From an uncultured Myxococcaceae bacterium (lineage in GTDB: Bacteria > Myxococcota_A > Polyangia > Polyangiales > Ga0077539), in assembly GCA_966211675.1 (NCBI GenBank), contig CBIHPK010000007.1, positions 24,086 to 88,085 on the forward strand: DNA of 64,000 bases, written 5' to 3'. The stretch's first letter is position 1. Every line of letters begins with the position of its first letter. The position numbers were made by a program, and so were the translations under genes. Of this stretch, positions 12,925 to 22,812 are shown piece after piece. A model generated the notes under the pieces. It searched no databases. It saw only the letters and a program-made list of their open reading frames with translations, and was not told where the DNA came from.

Positions 12925-12945
12925 GTGAAACCCCCTTCGTTTCAC
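12925..12945. promoter_or_regulatory. Perfect 7-bp inverted repeat GTGAAAC-N7-GTTTCAC in a divergent promoter region
   Basis: It lies 47 nt upstream of the thioesterase ATG and 109 nt upstream of the ABC ATPase ATG. Candidate operator or small hairpin. Confidence 0.35.
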
Positions 12946-12991
12946 GGATATTCCCGCGCCTCCATCCCGCCTCGGGCGTTAGCCTCCTCGC

Positions 12992-13405
12992 ATGTTCCGC
13001 TACGAACGCCCGGTGCGCTTCGCCGAGGTCGACGCCGCCCGCATCGTCTTCTTCGCCCGCTACCTCGACTTCTGCCACGACGCCCTGGAGGCCCTCTTCG
13101 CCGCGCTCCCCGGCGGCTACCCCCACCTCACCATGGTCCGCGGCATCGGCATCCCCTCGGTGCGCGTCGAGGCCGACTACCACGCGCCCATGCGCTATGG
13201 CGACGTCGCCCTCATCGACATCTCCGTCGAGCGCCTCGGCGCCCGCTCGGTCACCTTCGTCCACGCCCTCACCCGCGCGGCCGACGGCGTCCGCTGCGCC
13301 ACCATCCGCCAGGTCGTCGTGCTCAGCCGCCTCGACGTCCTCGGCTCCATCGAGATCCCCGACGACGTCCGCGCGCTGCTCACCCCGCACCTGATCTTAC
13401 CCTGA
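12992..13405 (+). CDS. Acyl-CoA thioesterase, 4HBT/YbgC hotdog family
   Basis: 137 aa. N-terminal block FRYERPVRFAEVDAARIVFFARYLDF carries the conserved Asp. The size is typical of single hotdog thioesterases. Confidence 0.75.
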   Translation: MFRYERPVRFAEVDAARIVFFARYLDFCHDALEALFAALPGGYPHLTMVRGIGIPSVRVEADYHAPMRYGDVALIDISVERLGARSVTFVHALTRAADGVRCATIRQVVVLSRLDVLGSIEIPDDVRALLTPHLILP

Positions 13406-13482
13406 CCGGTAATCCTCCTGTCCTCCCGCTGCTTCCTCGCCGCGGGGGCGCCGTGCGGCTACACTCGCCCGCGAGTCCCGCG

Positions 13483-14550
13483 ATGAACGTCTCCCGCCGC
13501 CACCTGCTCGCCCTCGGCCTCGGCGCGATCGCGGCGCGATCACGGCGAGCCCTCGCGCAGACCCCGCCGGTCCCCGCCTCCAGCGGCGCCATCCCGCCCA
13601 ACCCCTTCGCCGAGGGCGCCGCCGACCTCGTCGTCGCCCCCGTCGTGGCTCCCGTCGTGGCACCTGTCGCCGCTCCCGTCGTGGAGGCCTCCTCGGTGCC
13701 GCCCAACCCCTATGACGCGGGCGTCCGTCGCTACGGAGACCTCATCGAGGAGGACATCGTCCGAGCGCTGACCGAGGCCCCGATCCAGTCGGCGCGCAAC
13801 GTCGGCAACACCTCCGTCAACCTTCGCTGCGACCTCGACGGGTCCATCGACGGGGCCTTCAAGCCCGCCGAGACCCGGCACGTCGACCACTGGCGCGCGG
13901 AGATCGGCGCCTTCCGCGTGGCCCAGATCCTCGGCATCGACCGGGTGCCCCCGGCGGTGTTCCGCCGGGTGTCGCGGGAGGAGCTCGCGGGCGTCGACGC
14001 CTCGCGCCTGCTCTTCCGCGGGGGATGGGCCCGTGGGGCGATGATCTACTGGGTGCCGGTGCTGCACCGCGCGGGAATCTTCTCCGGCGAGGCCCTCACC
14101 GAGTGGACCAACCAGCTGGTGGTGGGCGTGGACGTCCCCGCCGACGCCCGCCGCCGCGCCGAGGAGATCTCCACCCTGATCTCCTACGACTTCATCATCG
14201 GCAACTGGGACCGCTGGCACGGCACCAACACCCTCGTCGACGCGCACGGCGGCCTCGTCTACCGCGACAACAACGGCGGCTTCCTCGAGCCCCTGCCCCG
14301 GTGGAAGATGGAGATCATCTTCTCGTTCCTTCAGCGGGTGCAGCGCTTCTCCCGGCGCTTCGTCGACCAGGTGCGCGCGATGACCCTCGCCTCGCTGCGA
14401 CGCGCGATCGCGAACGACGCCGACGGCACCGAGGCCCTGCTCAACGACGCCCAGCTCCGCGCCATGATGCGCCGACGATCGACCTTCCTGGAGTACGTCG
14501 ACGCCCTCGTGGGCATCCACGGCGCCTCGGAGGTCTACTTCTTCGAGTGA
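13483..14550 (+). CDS. Tat-signal exported protein with a FAM20/Four-jointed-like kinase domain
   Basis: Real start inside artefact ORF 12232..14550, at [26 protein letters not shown] (twin-arginine motif, AxA site). A VVAP repeat linker follows. Then come blocks resembling FAM20C: [56 protein letters not shown]. Confidence 0.6.
   Translation: [355 protein letters not shown]
13630..13683 (+). repeat. In-frame 12-bp tandem repeat (about 4.5 copies) encoding (VVAP)n
   Basis: The protein reads [18 protein letters not shown]. Near-identical PPNPF and PPNPY motifs flank it. Confidence 0.8.
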
Positions 14551-14554
14551 CCGC

Positions 14555-14959
14555 TCAGGCCACGAGCTGGCGCAGCTCGGCCCGGTGCTTCTCGGCGTAG
14601 ACCGAGAGCACGTCGAGCGCGTCGCGCATCTCGCTCGCGTCCATGTGCTCGACCGGAAACTCCACCGAGAGCACCACGTCGCCGTCCTCGTCGAGGGAGA
14701 AGCGCGCGAGCAGCATCTCGCCGTTGAGCCGCAGCAGCCTCGCGTAGAGCTTCTCGGCCTTGTCCGGGTCCGCGGGCAGCCGCACGATCGGCAGCACCAT
14801 CAGTCGGCAGAACGCCCCCTCGGCCTGGATCACGAGCGGAAACGAGCCCCGGCGAGAGCGGAAGCTCGATCGCCAGGTGCGCTCGGAGAGCGCGATCACG
14901 GGCCACCCCAGGGTCTTGAGGTGGGCCTCGATCTTCTCCGCGGCCACGGCGTCGGTCAT
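14555..14959 (-). CDS. YbjN / type III secretion chaperone-like small cytoplasmic protein
   Basis: I chose ATG M20 (MTDAVAAEKIEAHL) in ORF 14555..15016. The block LYARLLRLNGEMLLARFSLDEDGDVVLSVEFP resembles the YbjN/CesT-like fold family. Acidic, about 134 aa. Confidence 0.5.
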   Translation of the reverse strand: MTDAVAAEKIEAHLKTLGWPVIALSERTWRSSFRSRRGSFPLVIQAEGAFCRLMVLPIVRLPADPDKAEKLYARLLRLNGEMLLARFSLDEDGDVVLSVEFPVEHMDASEMRDALDVLSVYAEKHRAELRQLVA

Positions 14960-15101
14960 CGAGTCACCCTTCGCATGAGCGACGACGACTATCACCGCGG
15001 AGCGGCGCGCGCACAAGAAGCATTCCCTCCCTCACAGGTCGCCGTGGCGGCGCCCCTCCCCCCGCCGCATCATCCGCCGCGAGGAAGCCACGCACCCCGA
15101 T

Positions 15102-16580
<1,479 letters not shown>

Positions 16581-16587
16581 ACCCCCG

Positions 16588-19104
16588 ATGGTCCGCTGGC
16601 TCACCCCCGCCGCGATCTTCTCCTTCGCGATCATCGCGATCCTGCTGCGACGGATTCGCCGCGACGCGGGCGGCCGGGTGGACACCCGCTACTTCCAGCA
16701 GGTGGGGTGGACCTTCGCGGCGGGCGTGCTCTGCCTGACCCTCGCCCACCTCGGCGGCGTCCGCGTGGGCCACCCCCTGGTGGTGGTCCCGAGCGCGCTC
16801 GCGACCTACGGCTCGGCCTACCTCCTCACGCTCTTCGCCTATAGCTTCCCCCGCGACCGGACCGCGCCCCTCTCGCTGCGCCTCCCGCTGCTGGTGGTCA
16901 CCGGGCTCTTCATCGCCTCGACCGTGCGCATGAGCCTCGTCAGCGGCCGCGAGCCCGCCTGGACGCTGCTTTACATGCTCCCGTATTTCACCCTCACGGT
17001 GGTCTACGTGACCCGCAACTGGCGCCTCGCCACGAGCCCCGGCGAGCGCGGCCCGAGCGCTCCGGTCTCCGTGGTGCAGGCCGCCATCCTCGCCCCGTGG
17101 GTGCTGAGCCTGCTCGTCTACGGGACGCTGCACCTCGTCGGCAACGCGCTCCTCCCCCCTTGGACCGACCTCGCCCAGTGCATGGCCATGGCCGTCTTCG
17201 TGGTCGGCGGCGTCGGCGTGGCGATCCTCCGGTACCACCTCTTCGAGGTGCGCGTGCTGCTCGCCGAGGCGCTGGTCGCCACCGCCGCGGCCGCCCTCTT
17301 CGCCGCCTACCTGGGCTTCGTGGCCCCCGCGCTGCACCCGATCCTCGCCGCCGGGTCGACCTCCGCCCTCGCCACCGTCGTCGTGGCGGGCCTGCCGACC
17401 CTGCTGCTCCAGGGCACCCTCGACGCGCTCGACCGCGTCATGGGCCGCACCGGCTCCATGATCGCCTCGGGGCCCTCCTCGCGCGGCGTGCTCGAGCGCG
17501 TGCTCTCCGTGACCTCCACGATGATCGACCCCGACGCGGTGCTCGCGATGGCGCTCGGGGCGCTGCACGAGGTGACCGACGGCGAGGTGCGCTTCCTGCG
17601 GCACGGGCGCACGCCGCCCGGCGAGCGCGAGGAGATGTCCCACGCGCTGGTGGAGATGATCGAGCAGCACCCGCGGCGCTTCCACTCGCTGGACCACGCC
17701 CCCGAGCTGCCCCCGGCGTTGTTGGCCTGGATGCAGCGCGAGGAGGTGCATCTGGTGGTGCCGGTGCGCCGCGAGCGAGCCCTGCACGGGGTGCTGCTGG
17801 TGCGCGCCGACGGGCTCAGCCGCGACGCCACGCTGCTCTGCGCCTCGCTGGCCGAGCACGTGGCGCTGAAGTTCGAGAACTTCTCGCTCTACGCCCGCGC
17901 CGCCCTCGCGACGAGCGAGCTCGCGGACTACCGGGTCTTCCTCGAGAACGTCGTGGACAGCCTGCCGGTGGGCGTCGCCGTGGTCGACCCCGAGCTGCGA
18001 GTGAAGGCCTGGAACCGCGTGCTGGAGCGCACCACGGGCATCGCCGCGACGGCCGCCATCGGGAGCCACTACTTCGACGACCTGCACCCGGAGTTCAAGA
18101 CCCCGGAGGCGACGGCCACCATCGAGGCGCTCACGCTCGACCCGACGCGGGTGATGCACCACGCGGCGATGTCCGTGGCGACCCCCTCGGGCGAGCGCTT
18201 CCAGGACGTCACCGTCGCCCCCTTCCGCGACCGCCTCGGGCAGCCGACCGGCGTCGTGGTGATCACCCAGGACGTCACCGAGCAGGTGCGCCTCGGCCGC
18301 GAGGTGGAGGAGTCCCGGCGCCTCGCCGCCCTCGGCTCCTTCGCGGCGGCCATCGCGCACGACATCCGGACGCCGCTCACCTCCATCGCGATGAACGTCC
18401 AGATCCTCCGGGCGCGCTCCAGCCTCTCGGAGAGCGACCGCGAGTACCTCGACATCGCCAGCGAGGAGATCACCCGGCTCGGCGCCTCCGTGGCGGAGAT
18501 CCTCGACTTCGCCCGCCCCCTCCAGCTCCGTCGCCGCCCGGTCGCGCCGCGGGAGCTCCTGGACGACGTGGCGCGCACCCTCGCCCCGGTGCTCGCCGAT
18601 CGGGGCGTCACCCTCGACGTGACTCTCGCGGGCAGCGACCCCGCGCCGCCGCCGCTCGCGGACGAGCGAGCCCTGAGGCAGCTGCTCATCAACCTCATCG
18701 ACAACGCCGCCAACGCCTCCGCCCCGGGCAGCACGGTGACCGTCGAGGCCGACCTCGACGCGTCGCGGCTCGTCCTTCGGGTCGTCGATCACGGCCGCGG
18801 CATCGCGCCGGAGCACCTCGACCGGATCTTCGAGCCCTTCTTCACCACCCGCCCCGACGGCACCGGGCTCGGCCTCGCCATCGCGCAGAAGATCGTCCGA
18901 GGCCACGCCGGCGAGATCACCGTGCGCAGCGAGCCCGAGCGAGGGGCGACCTTCGAGGTCACGCTCCCCGGCGCGGGCCTAGTCGCGGGCGAAGATCGTC
19001 GCGATCCCCTGGCCCACGCCGATGCAGAGCGACGCGGCGCCGAGCCGAAGCCCCTGCCGGCGCATGCGGTGGAGCAGCGTGGTGGCGATGCGCGCCCCGG
19101 ATGA
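16588..19104 (+). CDS. Membrane sensor histidine kinase (multi-TM N-terminus, PAS-like region, HisKA, HATPase_c)
   Basis: 838 aa, starting 7 nt after the response regulator stop. About 7 hydrophobic helices in the first 270 aa. H-box FAAAIAHDIRTPLTSI, N-box LINLIDNAANAS, G-boxes DHGRGI and GTGLGLAIA. The last 40 or so codons overlap the convergent thiolase gene. Confidence 0.85.
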   Translation: MVRWLTPAAIFSFAIIAILLRRIRRDAGGRVDTRYFQQVGWTFAAGVLCLTLAHLGGVRVGHPLVVVPSALATYGSAYLLTLFAYSFPRDRTAPLSLRLPLLVVTGLFIASTVRMSLVSGREPAWTLLYMLPYFTLTVVYVTRNWRLATSPGERGPSAPVSVVQAAILAPWVLSLLVYGTLHLVGNALLPPWTDLAQCMAMAVFVVGGVGVAILRYHLFEVRVLLAEALVATAAAALFAAYLGFVAPALHPILAAGSTSALATVVVAGLPTLLLQGTLDALDRVMGRTGSMIASGPSSRGVLERVLSVTSTMIDPDAVLAMALGALHEVTDGEVRFLRHGRTPPGEREEMSHALVEMIEQHPRRFHSLDHAPELPPALLAWMQREEVHLVVPVRRERALHGVLLVRADGLSRDATLLCASLAEHVALKFENFSLYARAALATSELADYRVFLENVVDSLPVGVAVVDPELRVKAWNRVLERTTGIAATAAIGSHYFDDLHPEFKTPEATATIEALTLDPTRVMHHAAMSVATPSGERFQDVTVAPFRDRLGQPTGVVVITQDVTEQVRLGREVEESRRLAALGSFAAAIAHDIRTPLTSIAMNVQILRARSSLSESDREYLDIASEEITRLGASVAEILDFARPLQLRRRPVAPRELLDDVARTLAPVLADRGVTLDVTLAGSDPAPPPLADERALRQLLINLIDNAANASAPGSTVTVEADLDASRLVLRVVDHGRGIAPEHLDRIFEPFFTTRPDGTGLGLAIAQKIVRGHAGEITVRSEPERGATFEVTLPGAGLVAGEDRRDPLAHADAERRGAEPKPLPAHAVEQRGGDARPG

Positions 19105-20193
19105 TCCGATGGGGTGACCGAGCGCGATGGCCCCGCCGTCGGGGTTCACCTTCGCGGGGTCGAGGCCGAGCGAGTCGATGCAGGCGAGCGCCTGCGCCGC
19201 GAAGGCCTCGTTGAGCTCGATGGTGTCGAGCGCGTCGGCGCCGAGGCCCGCGCGAGCGAGCGCCCGGGTCATGGCCGGGATCGGGCCGAGCCCCATGAGC
19301 CCCGGCTCGACGCCCGCGACGGCGTTGGAGACCACCCGGCCGAGGGGAGTGAGCCCGTGCCGCTGCACGAACTCCTCGGAGGCCACCAGCACCGCCGAGG
19401 CGCCGTCGTTGATGGGCGACGAGTTGCCCGCGGTGACGCTCCCCCCCTTGCGGAAGACCGGGGCGAGCCTGGCGAGCTGCTCGATGGAGGCGTCCGAGCG
19501 CACCGACTCGTCGGCCGCGACGATCACCGCGGGGCCCTTGCGCTGGGCGATCTCCACGGGGACGAGCTCGTCCGCGAAGGCCCCCTCGGCGACGGCGCGC
19601 GCGGCGCGCTGGTGGCTGGCGAGGGCGAAGCGGTCCTGCGCCTCGCGGGAGATGGAGCGCAGCGCGGCGACGTTCTCCGCGGTGTCGCCCATGGACTCGA
19701 GCGGGAAGCGCTCGGCCATCTTCGGGTTGGTGAAGCGCCACCCGAGCGAGGTGTCGAACATCGCGGGCACCGCGCGGTCGAAGGCCTCGGCGGCCTTGGC
19801 CATCACGAAGGGCGCTCGGGTCATGCTCTCGACGCCGCCCGCGATCATCACCGAGCGCTCGCCCGTCGCGATGGCGCGGTACGCGTACTGGATCGCCTCG
19901 AGCCCGGAGCCGCACAGCCGGTTGACCGTGACGCCGGTGACCTCGTAGGGCAGCCCCGCGAGCAGCAGCGCCATGCGCGCGACGTTGCGGTTGTCCTCTC
20001 CGGCCTGGTTGGTCGCGCCGAAGACCACCTCGTCGACCCCCTCCCTCGCGGCGGGGACGCGGTCGAGCAGCGCGGTGATGGTGCGGGCGGCTAGGTCGTC
20101 CGGGCGCACGGAGGAGAGGCCGCCGCGGTAGCGCCCGACGGGCGTGCGGACGGCGTCGACGATGTAGACCCGCGGGGCAGTCGGAGCGCTCAT
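18979..20193 (-). CDS. Acetyl-CoA C-acetyltransferase (thiolase II)
   Basis: 404 aa. VYIVDAVRTPVGRYRGG, active-site VNRLCGSGLEAI, C-terminal NEAFAAQ and GGAIALGHPIGSSGARI, CIGVGQGIA. Confidence 0.9.
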   Translation of the reverse strand: MSAPTAPRVYIVDAVRTPVGRYRGGLSSVRPDDLAARTITALLDRVPAAREGVDEVVFGATNQAGEDNRNVARMALLLAGLPYEVTGVTVNRLCGSGLEAIQYAYRAIATGERSVMIAGGVESMTRAPFVMAKAAEAFDRAVPAMFDTSLGWRFTNPKMAERFPLESMGDTAENVAALRSISREAQDRFALASHQRAARAVAEGAFADELVPVEIAQRKGPAVIVAADESVRSDASIEQLARLAPVFRKGGSVTAGNSSPINDGASAVLVASEEFVQRHGLTPLGRVVSNAVAGVEPGLMGLGPIPAMTRALARAGLGADALDTIELNEAFAAQALACIDSLGLDPAKVNPDGGAIALGHPIGSSGARIATTLLHRMRRQGLRLGAASLCIGVGQGIATIFARD

Positions 20194-20221
20194 GAGGCGC
20201 GGGAAGCTATCACCGCGACGC

Positions 20222-21988
20222 TCAGACGAGGAGGTACCTCAGCACGACCAGCAGCGCGGCCGTGAGCAGCAGGTTGAGCGCCAGCACGAGCGCGATCATC
20301 CAGGGGGTGAGCTTCACCTCGCGCGAGTGCCACGGCAGCGGCGCCGCCGCGGGCACGTCGCGGACGCGCGTGTCGGGGCGGGCGATGGGCGAGACCGGCG
20401 GGCGGTCGAAGGTCGCCGCGCGCTCGTTGCGCAGGGGGGTCGGCGACCGGCGCTGCATCGCGCTGGGAAAGCCCGCCGGCTGGGTGAGCGAGCGCACCGG
20501 CGCGGGGAAGCGCGAACGGGCCGGAGCGCCGGCGGCCATCGGCATCGGCGCCGGGCGCGTCGAGGGCGGAGCGATCGGGGCGGGATGGTCGGCGAAGTCC
20601 CCCTCGAACTGCGCCCGCGGCGGCTCGGAGAGAACCCTCGGGATCAGCGAAGCGACGGCGGGGCTGGTGAACTCCTCGGAGAGGAGCTCGAGCACCTCGG
20701 GGTCGTCGATGTCCACGGCCGCGGAGCTGATCTCGACGTCCGCGGGCTCCGACGCGTCGGACTTCGAGCCGGTCCCGTCGGGGACGGCCGCCGACGCCGC
20801 GAGCTCGACGCCCGTGGGCGACAGTCGCGCGGTGCGATCGGCGTCCAGGTTGAGCCAGGAGTTGGCGTCCTCCTCGGTGCGACGATAGGCGCCGGAGGCG
20901 TCGGAGCGAAAAGCTAGGCTCGAGTGCCCCTGCGACGAGCCGAGGCGGGGCGAGGCGCCGTTCGATGCGAGCAGCGGGGAGATGGGGCGCGAGGACGACT
21001 GCCTCGCCGTGTCGGGGGGCGGCCTCGTGGAGACCCTGGCGGTGCTGGACATCGCCGCGGCCTGCATCGTCGTCGGGCGCCCCATCGCCCCGGCGACCGG
21101 CGGGACCGTGACCGTGCGCGGAACCCCCTCGCGCAGCGTGCGCCTCGACGTGAGCAGCGTGCCCGGCACCTGCTCGATCGCCTCGGCCAGCTCCATGGCG
21201 AAGGCGCTCGCGCTCACGGGCCGGCGCGACGGATCGATCGACCACGCCCGGTGGAAGAGCTCATCGAGGGGCTCCAGACCCTCCTGCGGAGCGAGCGCGA
21301 TGTACGGCAGCTGGCGTCGCTGCACGGCGTTGAGCACCGCGGCGGCCCCGTTGCCGGCAAAGGCCGGGCGCCCGGTGAGGGCCTCGAAGGCGAGCGTCGC
21401 GAGCGAGAAGATGTCCGCCGCGGGCGTGAGCTCGTAGGAGCCCTCGAGCTCCTCGGGCGAGAGGTAGTTCGGCTTGGAGGCGGGGTGCTGCGGCCGGTCC
21501 GCGTGGCCGACCGCGAGGAGCTTCACCGGCTGAGAATCCGGCGGGATCAGCACGGTCTCGGGCATCAGCACGCGGTGCAGCACCGGGGGGCTGCGGCCGT
21601 GGAGGTAGTCGAGCGCCGCGGCGACCTCGTCGATGATGCGTCGGAGCTCGGCGACGGGGATGACCTCGCCGCCGGCGAGGCGGCTGCGCAGCGTGCGGCC
21701 GTCGGTCCACTCGGTGATCATCACCGGCAGCTGGTTGGCCGTGTATCCGAGCGCGTGCACCTCGACGAGGTTGGGGTGCTTCAGCGCGCGGCCGAGCACC
21801 GCGGTGCGCTCGAACCACTCGCGGAGTTCTTCGACGTGGAGGGGGTGCAGGACGAGCGCCCGGGCCTTCTGTCCCCGTCCCTCCGCGGGGAAGGCCTCGT
21901 AGACGAGCCCGATGCGATCAGCGTGGCTCAGCGCCCCGAGGATGAACCCACCGGGAAGCTGCGAACCTGGTGATGCCATCCGACTCAT
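20222..21988 (-). CDS. Ser/Thr-kinase-fold pseudokinase, C-terminally tail-anchored
   Basis: 588 aa. The kinase fold is recognisable (HPNLVEVHALGY, YLSPEEL, PSRRP), but the catalytic residues are replaced: VAIK Lys (ARALVL), HRD-x-K-x-x-N (LHRVLMPETVLI) and DFG (KLLAVGHA). A long S/P/A/T-rich linker is followed by a terminal TM, LTPWMIALVLALNLLLTAALLVVL. Confidence 0.8.
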   Translation of the reverse strand: MSRMASPGSQLPGGFILGALSHADRIGLVYEAFPAEGRGQKARALVLHPLHVEELREWFERTAVLGRALKHPNLVEVHALGYTANQLPVMITEWTDGRTLRSRLAGGEVIPVAELRRIIDEVAAALDYLHGRSPPVLHRVLMPETVLIPPDSQPVKLLAVGHADRPQHPASKPNYLSPEELEGSYELTPAADIFSLATLAFEALTGRPAFAGNGAAAVLNAVQRRQLPYIALAPQEGLEPLDELFHRAWSIDPSRRPVSASAFAMELAEAIEQVPGTLLTSRRTLREGVPRTVTVPPVAGAMGRPTTMQAAAMSSTARVSTRPPPDTARQSSSRPISPLLASNGASPRLGSSQGHSSLAFRSDASGAYRRTEEDANSWLNLDADRTARLSPTGVELAASAAVPDGTGSKSDASEPADVEISSAAVDIDDPEVLELLSEEFTSPAVASLIPRVLSEPPRAQFEGDFADHPAPIAPPSTRPAPMPMAAGAPARSRFPAPVRSLTQPAGFPSAMQRRSPTPLRNERAATFDRPPVSPIARPDTRVRDVPAAAPLPWHSREVKLTPWMIALVLALNLLLTAALLVVLRYLLV

Positions 21989-22053
21989 GGGCGCAGCGAC
22001 GCTACTTCAAGCGCTCACCGGACGCACGATCGCGGCAGTCTTTGGGAGCCGCT

Positions 22054-22812
22054 CTACTCCTCGCCGGCGGACGCGCAGCAGCGGAAGCCGATGGAGTAGT
22101 CGTGGTAGGCGGTGTTGTGTCCGGGGGTGCGGTACCAGCAGCCCTCGCCGTTGATGGTCGTGTCCATGTAGTAGCCGCCGCGGAAGGTGCCCGTGGAGTC
22201 CGCGGTCCACTCGTGGAGGTTGCCCACCATGTCGAAGACGCCGTGCTCGTTGGTGCAGCCCGCGTGGGCGCCGGTGAGGGAGACGGTGCCGGGGAGCTGG
22301 TTGATCTGCGGGTCGTTCATCAGCGCCATGCCCCAGAGGTAGGGGGTGGTCGCGCGGAAGAGCCGGACGACGGGGTGCCAGCGGTGGTTCTCGTTGCAGC
22401 GACCGTCTTCACGCTGGTTGCTGTACCCGTGGGTGCGGCCGTTGGGCCCCCGACAGGAGCGGAACCACTCGCGCTCCGAGCACAGCCGCTTGCCCGACCG
22501 GGCGCACGCCCTCGCGGCCTGCACCTGGGAGATGTACCCCTGCGGAACGACCCCTCTTCGGGTGACCGCCCGGACGTCGGCGCGCCCGGGGTTCATGTAC
22601 GGCGAGTGCGGGACCTCACGGCCGTCGGGCCGGATCTCCATCAGCGACGCCTCGTAGCGGTCGACACAGAACCCGCTGCCCGACACGAAGGCCATCCCAT
22701 CCGGGCAGGGCGCGTTGGAGCTCGCGACGGACGCCCCGAACACCAGCGCGCCGAGGAGCGCGAACATGGAGAGGGTCAACACGCTCTTGGGCAGGCCGGA
22801 CGTTCGCTGCAT
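22054..22812 (-). CDS. Secreted FGE-sulfatase (SUMF1/EgtB/PvdO) domain protein
   Basis: I chose ATG M66 (MQRTSGLPKSVLTLSMFALLGALVFGASVA signal peptide), with GGAGG about 7 nt upstream. Motifs: RLCSEREWFRSCRG, GNLHEWTAD, IGFRCC. Confidence 0.75.
   Translation of the reverse strand: MQRTSGLPKSVLTLSMFALLGALVFGASVASSNAPCPDGMAFVSGSGFCVDRYEASLMEIRPDGREVPHSPYMNPGRADVRAVTRRGVVPQGYISQVQAARACARSGKRLCSEREWFRSCRGPNGRTHGYSNQREDGRCNENHRWHPVVRLFRATTPYLWGMALMNDPQINQLPGTVSLTGAHAGCTNEHGVFDMVGNLHEWTADSTGTFRGGYYMDTTINGEGCWYRTPGHNTAYHDYSIGFRCCASAGEE

Noticed and set aside
13630-13683. The tandem repeats at 13630..13683 and 49522..49584, considered as a CRISPR array or non-coding VNTR.
   Set aside because: Both are in frame inside supported genes and consist of contiguous units without spacers. 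They are only 54 and 63 bp long.
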